DNA of 62,472 nucleotides, filler included, from Acidimicrobiia bacterium (lineage in GTDB: Bacteria > Actinomycetota > Acidimicrobiia > Spongiisociales > SHLN01): assembly GCA_041619515.1 (NCBI GenBank). It is 9 parts of 9 records of this genome, joined end to end, with 100 filler letters (N's around TTAATTAATTAA, not from the genome) between each part and the next. Parts side by side here need not be neighbours in the genome. Positions count along the whole stretch, not along the records: positions 1 to 7,463 come from JBFKDW010000106.1; positions 7,564 to 14,943 come from JBFKDW010000107.1; 7 more parts are not named here. One strand, 5' to 3'. A model generated the notes under the pieces. The model did not search any database and had not been told where the DNA came from. It saw nothing but the letters and a program-made list of their open reading frames with translations. Shown one piece after another: positions 1 to 9,255 of the stretch. The stretch's first letter is position 1, and each line of letters starts with the position of its first letter. A program made the position numbers and the translations under genes.

Positions 1-2
1 GT

Positions 3-683
3 GTAGGCCGCAACGAACCCGTCACCACCCTCGGGAGCCGGGGGGTATTCGCCCGGCGTGTACCGAGAGAGGTCGACCCCGTTCGGGAGGTACACCACCT
101 TGGCAGGATCGCGGCGGGAGGCCGCCACGTGCAGTTTCGCGAAGGGAAGCTTCGAGAGGATGCGAACCGCCTTTTTGTAGAGGCTGAGCTCGAGGATTCG
201 CAGGACCCAGTAGCCCGGATGCCATCGATTGATGGCTCCCATGTCGACGAGGGTGCGCGGCCATATGTCGCCGAGCTCGAGGACGAACGGAACGCCGTGC
301 CGACCCGCCAGCAACTGTCCGGCGTGGGCGGCGAACGGGTCGACCGAGGTTCCCATGACCAGATCGGGTGGCGCCAGCCCGCCGGTGTTGCGCAGCACCA
401 TGAGCTCGAAGTGGATCATGGACAGGAACCGTTGGAAGACGTTGGCATACGGCCGCCCGCGGAGCACCCGGACGGTGAGCTCGTCGGCGATCTCGTCGCG
501 GTAGTCGTCTGCCGACAGGTCCGTACCCGGGCGACCCTCCCACCTGGCGATGGCGGATGTGATGAGGACGACGTCGTGTCCGCGCCGGATGAGGGCCTGG
601 GCGAACCGGTAGTGGCGTTCACTGCCGGCGCCGGGAGACGATGGCGGCGGCGTGTAGGCGCGGACTAGCCAGATCGTGGACAC
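3..683 (-). CDS. Glycosyltransferase family 4 (WbuB-like), runs off the window start
   Basis: Not in the ORF track. Read manually from GTG at 683: MSTIWLVRAYTPPPSSPGAGSERHYRFAQALIRRGHDVVLITS, and near the edge KVVYLPNGVDLSRY, both typical of GT4 N-terminal domains; the middle of the frame was not translated in full. Confidence 0.8.
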   Translation of the reverse strand, partial: MSTIWLVRAYTPPPSSPGAGSERHYRFAQALIRRGHDVVLITSAIARWEGRPGTDLSADDYRDEIADELTVRVLRGRPYANVFQRFLSMIHFELMVLRNTGGLAPPDLVMGTSVDPFAAHAGQLLAGRHGVPFVLELGDIWPRTLVDMGAINRWHPGYWVLRILELSLYKKAVRILSKLPFAKLHVAASRRDPAKVVYLPNGVDLSRYTPGEYPPAPEGGDGFVAAY

Positions 684-755
684 GGCAGCCCCGGGATGGT
701 CGGGTGGCGAGTAGCCCGGTCGCCCATCCCCGACGGCTCGTCGAGATTGGAAGGC

Positions 756-1742
756 TCAGCCATTGCGCTGGAGGGAGTCCTGGCACTGGCTGAGAACTCG
801 CAGGACGCGGAGCCCTTCGGCGCCGTCGGTGCGGGGGCGATTGCGGGTGGTGACACAATCGAGAAAATGCTCGATCTCGGCCCGGAGAGGCTCATAGGCG
901 GGCACCTCGACCCTCTCGGCGTGCTTCTTGTTGGCGTGCGGGCCGGCGCCGGACCAGTCGATCGAATGGGCATAGAGATCAAGGGTGCCCCCGTCCGGCC
1001 CGTCCTCAAAGGCCGCCATCTTGTCCTCCCCGATCACCACGAGTCGCTGCTCCTTGAAGGGATGCAGCCACGAGACGAAGATGTGAGCGCGAGCACCGCC
1101 CGGGAATCCGAGTGTGCTCACGGTGACGTCTGCCACGTCGGGGCTGAGGAAGGTTCCGCCCTCGGCGTGGACGTGGGTGGGCATCTCGCCGAGGATTCCG
1201 AGGATCACCGATATGTCATGGGGGGCAAACGACCACAGGATGTTCTCCTCGGTGCGGACCTTGCCGAAGTTCAGCCGGTTCGAGTAGATGTAGCGGATGC
1301 GGCCGAGCGTGCCGTCGTCGACGAGTCGCTTCAGTTCGATGATCGCCGGGTGGTACCACAGCAGATGTCCCACCATGAGAATCTGCTCCTTGGCGGCGGC
1401 CAGCTCGACGAGTTGCTCGCCTCCGTCGATCGATGTCGCCAGTGGCTTTTCGACCAGCACGTCTTTCCCGGCCTCGAGCGCTTGAGACGCCATCTGTTGG
1501 TGGGTAACGGCCGGCGTCGCCAGCACCACCGCGTCGATGGAATCGTCGGCGAGGAGGTCGGTGTAGCTGGTCTCGGCGCGAAGCGACGGCCCGTGCTCGG
1601 CTTGCATCGCCCGCAGGCGATCCTCATTGAGGTCACAGACCGCCTCCAGCGCCCCGAGCTCGTGCAGATTGCGCACCAGGTTCTTGCCCCAGTAGCCGGA
1701 GCCGACCACCGCGACTCGCGGCCGTTTCGATGTGTCCGTCAT
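756..1742 (-). CDS. Gfo/Idh/MocA family oxidoreductase, probable UDP-GlcNAcA 3-dehydrogenase (WbpB/WlbA-like)
   Basis: Rossmann motif VAVVGSGYWG, EKP motif, APHDIS; next to WbpD/WbpE-like genes. Confidence 0.85.
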   Translation of the reverse strand: MTDTSKRPRVAVVGSGYWGKNLVRNLHELGALEAVCDLNEDRLRAMQAEHGPSLRAETSYTDLLADDSIDAVVLATPAVTHQQMASQALEAGKDVLVEKPLATSIDGGEQLVELAAAKEQILMVGHLLWYHPAIIELKRLVDDGTLGRIRYIYSNRLNFGKVRTEENILWSFAPHDISVILGILGEMPTHVHAEGGTFLSPDVADVTVSTLGFPGGARAHIFVSWLHPFKEQRLVVIGEDKMAAFEDGPDGGTLDLYAHSIDWSGAGPHANKKHAERVEVPAYEPLRAEIEHFLDCVTTRNRPRTDGAEGLRVLRVLSQCQDSLQRNG

Positions 1743-1939
1743 GCGCTTCCTTCCAACCCCATTGGGTTGCCACCGGTGTTCCGGGTGAGATGAGATCAGG
1801 CTACAAGCCCTGCCCGAATCGGCCGATCATGGTCCCAGAACCGTGTACGGTGATGCCTGAGCCCGGAATCCTCACACCGAGGCGGAACGGCCGGCCGGCA
1901 TATCCTCTCCGAGGCACCGCGAGAATCAACCACACACAC

Positions 1940-2536
1940 ATGGACTACTTTGCTCACCCCACCGCCATCATCGACGATGGCGCCGACATTGGCTCCGACA
2001 CCAAGGTCTGGCACTTCAGTCACGTGATGGCCGGTGCTCGCATCGGCGGTGGGTGCACCCTGGGACAGAACGTTTTCGTCGCCAGCGGCGTGGTGGTCGG
2101 CGACCATGTCAAGATCCAGAACAACGTGTCGGTGTACGAGGGCGTGGTCCTCGAGGACTACACATTCTGCGGACCGAGTGCGGTGTTCACCAACGTCAAG
2201 ACCCCGCGCTCGGCATTCGCCCGCAACACGAGCGACGACTACGAGAAGACCATCGTCCGCTACGGGGCGTCCATCGGCGCCAACGCCACGATCGTGTGTG
2301 GGACGGCTATCGGTCGATGGGCGCTCGTTGCCGCCGGCAGCGTCGTCACCAAGGACGTGCCTGCCTATGCAGTGGTGGCCGGCGTCCCGGCCCGGGTGAT
2401 GGGCTGGGCGTGTGAATGCGGCGCCGGCCTGGATTTCGAAGGCGACCGGGCGGTGTGCGGGGACTGCGGACGGTCATACCGCCGGCTCGATCCCGTCACC
2501 GTCGAGCTCGAACCCGGCAGAGAAGAGACAGCATGA
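1940..2536 (+). CDS. Hexapeptide-repeat N-acetyltransferase (WbpD/WlbB-like)
   Basis: ATG at 1940 (MDYFAHPTAIIDDGADIG); KVWHFSHV, KIQNNVSVYEGV, FCGPSAVFTNV; C-terminal CxC...CxxC. Confidence 0.9.
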   Translation: MDYFAHPTAIIDDGADIGSDTKVWHFSHVMAGARIGGGCTLGQNVFVASGVVVGDHVKIQNNVSVYEGVVLEDYTFCGPSAVFTNVKTPRSAFARNTSDDYEKTIVRYGASIGANATIVCGTAIGRWALVAAGSVVTKDVPAYAVVAGVPARVMGWACECGAGLDFEGDRAVCGDCGRSYRRLDPVTVELEPGREETA

Positions 2537-3651
2537 CGAACCCCCGCATCCCCATGCTCGACCTTGGGCCCGAGCTGGCTCTGCTGGAGCATGATCTCGA
2601 CGCCGCCTGGCATGAGGTTCTCAAATCCGGGCGGTTCATCAACGGGCCCAATGTGTCGGCATTCGAGCACGAGGTGTGTGAGTTCCTGGGCGCTCGCTTC
2701 GCGATCGGGGTCAATTCCGGAACCGATGCGCTGGTGATCGGGCTGCGCAGCCTCGGCATCGGGCCGGGTGACGAGGTCATCACCACCCCCTTCACGTTTT
2801 TCGCGACGGCCGAGGCGATCAGCGTCATCGGGGCCAGCCCGGTGTTCGTGGACATCGATCCCGTCACGATGAACCTCGATCCGGAAGCGCTGCCGGCGGC
2901 GGTGACCGGCCGGACCAGGGCCATCATCCCCGTCCATCTGTTCGGCCGGCCCGCCGATCTCGACGCGATCATGGAAGTCGCAGACCGGAACGATCTCCAG
3001 GTCCTCGAGGACGTCGCCCAGGCCTTTGGAGGAACCCACGGCGGCCGCCGGCTCGGCACCGTCGGGAGCATCGGCGCCTTCAGCTTCTTTCCGAGCAAGA
3101 ACCTCGGCGCCTACGGGGACGGGGGGTTGATCGTGACCGATGACGAGCGGCGCTCCGAGACCGCCCGGATGCTGCGGGCGCACGGCGGCAAGGACAAATA
3201 CTCGAACGAGATCATCGGGTACAACTCGCGGCTCGATGAACTGCAGGCCGCCATACTTCGGGTGAAGCTGCGGGTCCTCGAGTCGTTCAACGAGGGACGA
3301 AAGAGAGTCGCCCGCCGCTACGACGAAGCCTTCAGCGAGCTGGCCGAGATGCTGCGCGTTCCCGAGGCGGGCGCCGGAGACCACGTGTACCACCAGTACA
3401 CGGTGCGGGTCCCGGGCGGCGGGCGCGACCGTGTCCAGCGGGAGCTCGCCGAGAGCGGCATCGCCTCGGTCGTCTACTACCCGACTCCACTGCACCTGCT
3501 GCCCGTGTATGCCGGGCAGTACGGCGCCTTCCCGGAAGCCGAGAGAGCGGCCGAGGAGGTTCTGTCGCTGCCGATATGGCCGCAGATGGACGAACAGACC
3601 CAGGATCGCGTCAGCACCGCCGTCCGGCGTGCGGTCCTGGGCGGCGGCTGA
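2533..3651 (+). CDS. DegT/DnrJ/EryC1/StrS PLP aminotransferase (WbpE/WlbC-like)
   Basis: ATGA overlap with upstream stop; NSGTDAL, EDVAQAFG, SFFPSKNLGAYGDGG, GYNSRLDELQAA. Confidence 0.92.
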   Translation: MTNPRIPMLDLGPELALLEHDLDAAWHEVLKSGRFINGPNVSAFEHEVCEFLGARFAIGVNSGTDALVIGLRSLGIGPGDEVITTPFTFFATAEAISVIGASPVFVDIDPVTMNLDPEALPAAVTGRTRAIIPVHLFGRPADLDAIMEVADRNDLQVLEDVAQAFGGTHGGRRLGTVGSIGAFSFFPSKNLGAYGDGGLIVTDDERRSETARMLRAHGGKDKYSNEIIGYNSRLDELQAAILRVKLRVLESFNEGRKRVARRYDEAFSELAEMLRVPEAGAGDHVYHQYTVRVPGGGRDRVQRELAESGIASVVYYPTPLHLLPVYAGQYGAFPEAERAAEEVLSLPIWPQMDEQTQDRVSTAVRRAVLGGG

Positions 3652-3684
3652 CCGTCCCGGGATGGCCGGTTGCCCCGGTACCGC

Positions 3685-4851
3685 GTGATTCACGTCCTCA
3701 TCATCCCGTGGAGCTATCCGAGCCCCGCCAACCCGCTGTCGGGTATCTTCTTCCGGGAGCAAGCGCAGGCACTTCGCAAACGCGGCCTGCAGGTGGGAGT
3801 TGCCTCCCCGGACCCCCGGGCGCTCAACGGCGCAGCCCTCAACGATCTCTTCGGGAACCTGTTGCGGATCCGGCTGGAGGACGACAGCGGGATCCCGACC
3901 TATCGCTCGACATTTCCGGCGGTGCCGAAATCCCCCCGGGCCCGCAAGGCCCTCTGGCTCAACCAGCTCCGCCGGCTGGTCGACCGCTACGTAGCCGAGC
4001 AGGGCGTGCCCGACGTCGTCCACGCCCACGGCATCCTCTGGGCCGGGGTGGGGGCGGTGCGGGCTCGCTTCCCGAGTCCGGTGCCGGTGGTCGTGACCGC
4101 CCACTCTTCGGCGTTCGCCCGAAGCCTCATCCGGCGCTGGCAGGAGCCGGCGATCGCCGAAGCGCTGCACGGAGCCGACGCGGTCCTGGCGGTGAGCAGT
4201 GCCCTGCGCCAGCGGCTCGCCAGGTACGCTCCGACGGTAGCTATCACCGCCGTACCCAATATGGTCGACACCGACTTCTTCTCTCCGGCGGACCGCTCGG
4301 GCCGCGAGGAGTTCACCTGGCTCAGCGTGGCCTCTCTGACCGAAAACAAGGGAATTCACACGCTGCTGTCGGCCTTCGCAGGCGCGTTCGCGGGCAACCG
4401 GACCGTGCGTCTTCGCATCGCCGGAGACGGGCCGGAGCGGTCCCAGCTCGTGGCGCTCGCCGCCCGACTGGATCTGACGGACCGTGTGCAATTCGTTGGG
4501 AGACTGGACCGCCCCGGAGTCCGCCGGGAGATGCATGATGCCGATGCCTTCGTCCTATCCAGCCGGGTCGAAACGTTCGGGGTTGCGCTCATCGAAGCGA
4601 TGGCAACCGGCCTTCCCGTGGTGGCCACCAGGAGTGGTGGTCCGGAGGATGTGGTCTATTCTGATGTCGGGTACCTCGTAGCGCCGGACGATCCGCTCGT
4701 GCTGGCAGACGCCATGGGCGAGCTGTTCGCCCAGCGTGAGCGCTGGCGGCAACGCGGGCCCGGCATCCGATCGTACGTCGACGAGCAATACAGTGAGCGG
4801 GCAGTGACCGATCTCATCATCGAGACATATCAGCAGGTAATCGACACGTGA
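3685..4851 (+). CDS. Glycosyltransferase family 4
   Basis: ETFGVALIEAMATGLPVVAT (ExxxxxxxE motif); start taken as GTG 3685, TTG 3670 also possible. Confidence 0.88.
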   Translation: MIHVLIIPWSYPSPANPLSGIFFREQAQALRKRGLQVGVASPDPRALNGAALNDLFGNLLRIRLEDDSGIPTYRSTFPAVPKSPRARKALWLNQLRRLVDRYVAEQGVPDVVHAHGILWAGVGAVRARFPSPVPVVVTAHSSAFARSLIRRWQEPAIAEALHGADAVLAVSSALRQRLARYAPTVAITAVPNMVDTDFFSPADRSGREEFTWLSVASLTENKGIHTLLSAFAGAFAGNRTVRLRIAGDGPERSQLVALAARLDLTDRVQFVGRLDRPGVRREMHDADAFVLSSRVETFGVALIEAMATGLPVVATRSGGPEDVVYSDVGYLVAPDDPLVLADAMGELFAQRERWRQRGPGIRSYVDEQYSERAVTDLIIETYQQVIDT

Positions 4852-6200
4852 GCGCACGCGTCTCGTCACCGCCCCCCAAGTCGCTCGTCGACCAGCGCCA
4901 GACGTGGGCCTTGCGGCTGATTCCGGTGACCGCCGCCATCGGCCCCAACTTCTTTCAGATGGATTTCCTCGGAGTCGGCCTGTTTGCGTTCCGGTTCCTG
5001 GTGGCGGGCCTGCTCGTCCTGACCCTCGGCTCGCTCACCCGCTGGCGTGCCCAGCGCATGGCCCAGATGTTCCTCCTCCTCTGCCTGGGGTGGACCGTGT
5101 GGAGCGCACTATCGCTGCTCTGGGCGCCCAGCCTGGAAGCCGGGCTGCAACAAACCATGGCCATCGGGTTCGGCTTGGCGGTAGCCGTGGTGTTGTTCAA
5201 CCTCGGCCTCAACAAGGCCACTCACCTCGACGCACTGTTGGAAGGCTGGATGATCGCCTATGCCCTGGCGGGGGTGTTCGCCGTGCGGGAGCTCCTCACC
5301 GGCGAGTATCTCCCCGGGTCCGTTGCGGAACTCTTCGCCGTTCGCGCCATCGACGGCATCGCCATCAGTTTCTTCTTCAACCCGAACAACTATGCCGCCT
5401 TCATCGTCCTGTGTGTGCCGTTCATGCTCCTCGCCTACCACCGCGCCCCGACCAAGCGCCGGAAACGCCTCGCCCTATTGCTGCTGGGATCGACCCCGGT
5501 GCTCGTCTTCTTCACGACCAGCCGGCTGGCCCTCATGGGCATCCTGGTAATGTTCGTGGTCTATGCCGCCATCGGGTTGGAAACCCCTCGCCAGCTCTTC
5601 AGGTATCTGGCGCTGGGGGCGACGGTCGTCGCATTGATCGGCGGCGTGTTCTGGAGCGGCTCGCGTACCGCCAGCGACGTCGAAAAGCTGCTCAACAGTG
5701 ACATCGCGGTTGGTGGATCCGACACGATGCGATGGAACCTCACCAAGAATGGGCTCTGGATGACACTGGACTCCGGCGGGATCGGGGTCGGTGCCGGCGG
5801 CTACCAGGTGGTGACGGAGACCGAGGACGTGCCCTATTTCGTGGACAACGCCCTCGATCCGCACAACTTCTGGGTGGAGGTCCTGTCACAGCATGGCGTG
5901 CTGGTGTTCGTGGCGCTGCTCGCGTGGTTCGGCCGGATGATCGCCGTCGCCTCCCGGGTGCGAAGACTTGCCGCCTACGGGGCCAATCCGCTGATGTTCG
6001 ACGCCAGCGTCGCCATCCTGGTCGGGCTCAGCGGGTACCTGTTCGCCGCGGTGGCGAACAGCACCTTTCTCACGCAGTCGACCAACTGGGTGTTTCTCGG
6101 GACGCTGGCCGCCCTGAGCGCCAACCTCGACTATTCCAGCTGGAGCCTGGAGAAACGAGGGAAGCGCAGGCCGGGGAAGAGTCTGTGGCCGACCCTGTGA
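4848..6200 (+). CDS. O-antigen ligase/polymerase (Wzy_C) family membrane protein
   Basis: Multiple hydrophobic helices; FFNPNNYA, GIGVGAG and PHNFWVEVLSQHG motifs; GTGA overlaps on both sides. Confidence 0.8.
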   Translation: MSARVSSPPPKSLVDQRQTWALRLIPVTAAIGPNFFQMDFLGVGLFAFRFLVAGLLVLTLGSLTRWRAQRMAQMFLLLCLGWTVWSALSLLWAPSLEAGLQQTMAIGFGLAVAVVLFNLGLNKATHLDALLEGWMIAYALAGVFAVRELLTGEYLPGSVAELFAVRAIDGIAISFFFNPNNYAAFIVLCVPFMLLAYHRAPTKRRKRLALLLLGSTPVLVFFTTSRLALMGILVMFVVYAAIGLETPRQLFRYLALGATVVALIGGVFWSGSRTASDVEKLLNSDIAVGGSDTMRWNLTKNGLWMTLDSGGIGVGAGGYQVVTETEDVPYFVDNALDPHNFWVEVLSQHGVLVFVALLAWFGRMIAVASRVRRLAAYGANPLMFDASVAILVGLSGYLFAAVANSTFLTQSTNWVFLGTLAALSANLDYSSWSLEKRGKRRPGKSLWPTL

Positions 6201-7324
6201 CGATCGGCCGGCGCCAGACTCGCGTCGTCCACCTCACCTCAGCGCATCCGGCATTCGATGTGCGCATCTTCCACAAGGAAGCCTGCACCCTCGCCGACGC
6301 CGGGTACGAGGTCTTCCTGGTGGCGGTGCACGAGGGCCGGACGGTGCGCAACGGGGTCACCGTAGAGGGGCTCTCCGCGCCGTCCGGGCGGTTTCGACGA
6401 ATGCTGTTCTCGCCGATTCGGGTGTTGCGCACGGCCCGCCGCCTCCGCCCCGACGTCTGTCACATTCACGACCCCGAGCTCATCCCGGTCGGGCTGGTGC
6501 TCAAGCTGCTCGGTTCTCGGGTGATCTACGATGCCCACGAGGATCTCGGGCTGCAGGTCCTGAACAAGACGTGGATCCCCCGGTCCCTCCGCCGTCCTGC
6601 GTCGGCCTTCGCCCGACTTCTCGAGCGGATGGCGTCGCGCTGGCTGGACGCGGTGGTCGCGGCCACGCCCGGGGTTGCCGTCAACTTCCCAGCGGAACGC
6701 ACGACCGTTGTCGCCAACTATCCGAAACTGGCTGAGTTCTCGGGGCACGGTCCCGATTACCGCGAGCGGGAGGCGGTGGTGGCATATGTGGGCGGGGTCA
6801 CGTTGACACGGGGCGCAATCGAAATGATCGAAGCGATCGAGCTGGTGCCGGACGACCTGCACGCCAGGCTCGTCATCGCCGGGCGCCTCCAGCTCGATGT
6901 CGACGAGACGCCGTTTCCGCCTGCTACCGACCGTGTCGAATACCGGGGAGTCATCGATCGCGACGGCGTCCAGCGGCTCCTGAGCTCGGCCCGAGTCGGC
7001 CTCGTCGTCCTTCATCCGATCCCCAGTTATCTCGAGAGTTATCCCGTGAAGTTGTTCGAATACATGGCGGCAGGGCTGCCGGTGGTGGCATCGGATTTCC
7101 CGCTCTGGAAATCGATCGTGTCGGGTGCAGGATGCGGTCTCGTCGTCGATCCGCTCGATCCGAAGGCGGTCGCAGCCGCCATCGAGGCGCTGCTGGCGGA
7201 TCCGGTGGCCGCCGAGGAGATGGGACGCCGGGGTCGCAGCGCGGTAGAGGACACCTACAGCTGGCACAACGAGGGCGAGAAGCTCATCGCCGTCTATGAC
7301 CGGCTGGCCGGAGTCTCCTCCTAG
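6197..7324 (+). CDS. Glycosyltransferase family 4
   Basis: GTG at 6197; HLTSAHPAFDVRIFHKE, HIHDPEL, PVKLFEYMAAGLPVVASDFP. Confidence 0.9.
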   Translation: MTIGRRQTRVVHLTSAHPAFDVRIFHKEACTLADAGYEVFLVAVHEGRTVRNGVTVEGLSAPSGRFRRMLFSPIRVLRTARRLRPDVCHIHDPELIPVGLVLKLLGSRVIYDAHEDLGLQVLNKTWIPRSLRRPASAFARLLERMASRWLDAVVAATPGVAVNFPAERTTVVANYPKLAEFSGHGPDYREREAVVAYVGGVTLTRGAIEMIEAIELVPDDLHARLVIAGRLQLDVDETPFPPATDRVEYRGVIDRDGVQRLLSSARVGLVVLHPIPSYLESYPVKLFEYMAAGLPVVASDFPLWKSIVSGAGCGLVVDPLDPKAVAAAIEALLADPVAAEEMGRRGRSAVEDTYSWHNEGEKLIAVYDRLAGVSS

Positions 7325-7461
7325 CTGAAGTAGAACATGAGGTCGCCTTCTTGGCGTGTGCTGCCGTATATCGGCCATCCTCCGGTCCAGCCTGATCCGC
7401 TGTTGTAGTCGGCGTAGCCGTCGGTGAAGCGTGATCCGTTTGACCATCCGGTGTTTTCTCG
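7321..7461 (-). CDS. C-terminal fragment of a hypothetical Gly/Trp/Tyr-rich protein, cut by the contig end
   Basis: Open frame RENTGWSNGSRFTDGYADYNSGSGWTGGWPIYGSTRQEGDLMFYFS* converging on the GT4 stop. Confidence 0.45.
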   Translation of the reverse strand, partial: RENTGWSNGSRFTDGYADYNSGSGWTGGWPIYGSTRQEGDLMFYFS

Positions 7462-7463
7462 CA

Positions 7464-7563
7464 NNNNNNNNNNNNNNNNNNNNNNNNNNNNNNNNNNNNN
7501 NNNNNNNTTAATTAATTAANNNNNNNNNNNNNNNNNNNNNNNNNNNNNNNNNNNNNNNNNNNN
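7464..7563. other. Artificial contig spacer
   Basis: 100 bp of N around TTAATTAATTAA (stops in all six frames). Confidence 0.99.
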
Positions 7564-7626
7564 CGCCAGCTCTGGTGGCCCAGCTCGGCTCCGGGTTGGA
7601 TCGACCGGGTTGCCCCCCGGGCACAG

Positions 7627-7743
7627 ACAGCCCCGGTCGCTCAGCCCACGGAGTTGGCCGGCCGCAAACAGCCCCGGTCGCTCAGCCCACGGAGTTGGCC
7701 GGCCGCAAACAGCCCCGGTCGCTCAGCCCATGGAGTTGGCCGG
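7627..7743. repeat. 41-bp tandem repeat, about 2.9 copies
   Basis: ACAGCCCCGGTCGCTCAGCCCACGGAGTTGGCCGGCCGCAA at 7627 and 7668; third copy at 7709 has one C>T change and is truncated. Confidence 0.95.
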
Positions 7744-7792
7744 AACGGCCAACTCCCTAGGCGGACGCAGTCCGCCCGGCTACCGTTCCCGG

Positions 7793-8431
7793 ATGCTCCC
7801 CGTCGCCATTCAGCTGCGCCGCACCCCGCGCCTGTTGATCGGCCTGGTCCTGTTCGGCGTCGGGATCGCCCTGATCGTCTTGGGAGACTACGGGCTGCCC
7901 GGCTGGGACGTCTTCCACCAGGGCCTGTCGGAACGCACCCCCATCACCATCGGCAGCGCAGTCATCCTCGTGGGCGCAATCATCGTGGCGGCGCTGCTGG
8001 TGTTGCGAGAGCCGATCGGGCTGGGGACGATTGCAAATGTCATCGTCATCGGATTGGCGATGGACGCAACGCTCTACCTCATCGAGGACCCGACCAGCTC
8101 GCTGGTCAGGGCCGCCCTGACCCTTAGCGGCCCTGTCGTCGTCGCCGTCGGTTCCGGCCTCTACCTGGGGGTGCGACTGGGCCCTGGCCCGCGTGACGGA
8201 CTCATGACCGCCCTGGCCCGCCGAGGGGTGACGCTGTGGAAGGCGCGCTCGGTCGTGGAGGCGCTGGCGCTGACGGCCGGTTTCCTGCTGGGAGGCACGG
8301 TCGGCTGGGGAACCATCTGGTTCCTGGTCTCCATCGGGCCGCTGGTTCAGATTGCCCTGCGGTTTCTCTCGGTTCCGTATGCGCCAGGTGAGCCGCGGGT
8401 CGAAGCCCCGGCCGCCGTCACTCACCGGTAG
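7793..8431 (+). CDS. YczE/YyaS/YitT-like membrane protein
   Basis: GLPGWDVFHQGLS, GLGTIANV, LGPGPRDGLM, GGTVGWGT; TACCGT 6 nt before the ATG suggests a leaderless start. Confidence 0.85.
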   Translation: MLPVAIQLRRTPRLLIGLVLFGVGIALIVLGDYGLPGWDVFHQGLSERTPITIGSAVILVGAIIVAALLVLREPIGLGTIANVIVIGLAMDATLYLIEDPTSSLVRAALTLSGPVVVAVGSGLYLGVRLGPGPRDGLMTALARRGVTLWKARSVVEALALTAGFLLGGTVGWGTIWFLVSIGPLVQIALRFLSVPYAPGEPRVEAPAAVTHR

Positions 8432-8444
8432 ATGCCGAGCGAGG

Positions 8445-9215
8445 TCACCGCACGAAATACTCGGCCAGTCCCTCGAGTACGGTGTCCCATCCGCTCGTGT
8501 ATCCATCGGAGATCGCGGCGGCGTCGGCGCCGTGGACTTCCCAGCCCTCATGGACGAGGACGATCCTCGTCAGGGACGTTCCAATCGCTTCGAACTCGAC
8601 GGTTATCGTCGTTGCCCGCTCCTCCCCGTATCCGGGATGCCATCGCAACACCAGCCGATCGGGCGGCTCGTATTCGACCACACTTCCCCATTCGGCCTCC
8701 TGACCGTCGACCGTGCGCTCGTAGAGCCGGCCACCCGGGAACGGTTCGATCACCACGGCTTCCTTGCGGCCATCGAGCAGCTGGCGGCCTTCGAACGGCC
8801 ACCACGCTGCCATCTCCTCGGTGAAGATCCGGAACGTCTCGGCCCGCGTCGCCCTGATCGGTAGTTCTTTCCGAATGATCAGCGTTGTCTCGCTCATCTC
8901 GCCTCCTGCCTCGATGTGTTGCTTCAGTGCTGCCAATGCCTGACCCCAGAACTGGTCCCAATAGGCCACAACGCCCTCGAACCCTTCGGGCCGCAGGCGG
9001 TAGATTCGCCGGGTTCCCTCGGCTTCGTCCGCCACCAGGCCCGCCTCTTTCAGCAGCCGCAGGTGCCGCGAAACCGCCGGCCGCGAGACCGGCAGCTCGT
9101 CGGCCACCTCGCCCACCGGCCGAGGCCGGTCTCGGAGCAGCTCGAGGATCTGCCGCCTGGTGGGATCCCCGAGAACATCGAGCACGTGGGGGATCTGGGA
9201 CTTTTGGTAACTCAT
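8445..9215 (-). CDS. ArsR/SmtB regulator fused to an SRPBCC (AHSA1-like) domain
   Basis: N-half LGDPTRRQILELL..VSRPAVSRHLRLL; C-half EWGSVVEYEPPDRLVLRW..LVHEGWE..SGW; no stop between them. Confidence 0.85.
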   Translation of the reverse strand: MSYQKSQIPHVLDVLGDPTRRQILELLRDRPRPVGEVADELPVSRPAVSRHLRLLKEAGLVADEAEGTRRIYRLRPEGFEGVVAYWDQFWGQALAALKQHIEAGGEMSETTLIIRKELPIRATRAETFRIFTEEMAAWWPFEGRQLLDGRKEAVVIEPFPGGRLYERTVDGQEAEWGSVVEYEPPDRLVLRWHPGYGEERATTITVEFEAIGTSLTRIVLVHEGWEVHGADAAAISDGYTSGWDTVLEGLAEYFVR

Positions 9216-9255
9216 AGGTTACCGTAACTCTACAGTTACCTATTTGGGATGTCAA
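9206..9255 (-). promoter_or_regulatory. Sigma70-type promoter with two tandem palindromic operators
   Basis: Minus strand TTGACA (9250-9255)-N17-TAGAGT (9227-9232); GTAAC-N6-GTTAC at 9207-9222 and 9224-9239, covering the start codon and the -10 box. Confidence 0.8.

Noticed and set aside
2365..4536. 723-aa minus-strand ORF and many similar long ORFs (696-1793, 19590-21074, 32688-33911, 40565-42628, 47669-49252)
   Set aside because: Antisense or off-frame shadows of well-supported genes, as expected at high GC; no recognisable motifs.
7627..7743. Possible CRISPR array
   Set aside because: Units are head-to-tail with no unique spacers, and no cas genes are present.
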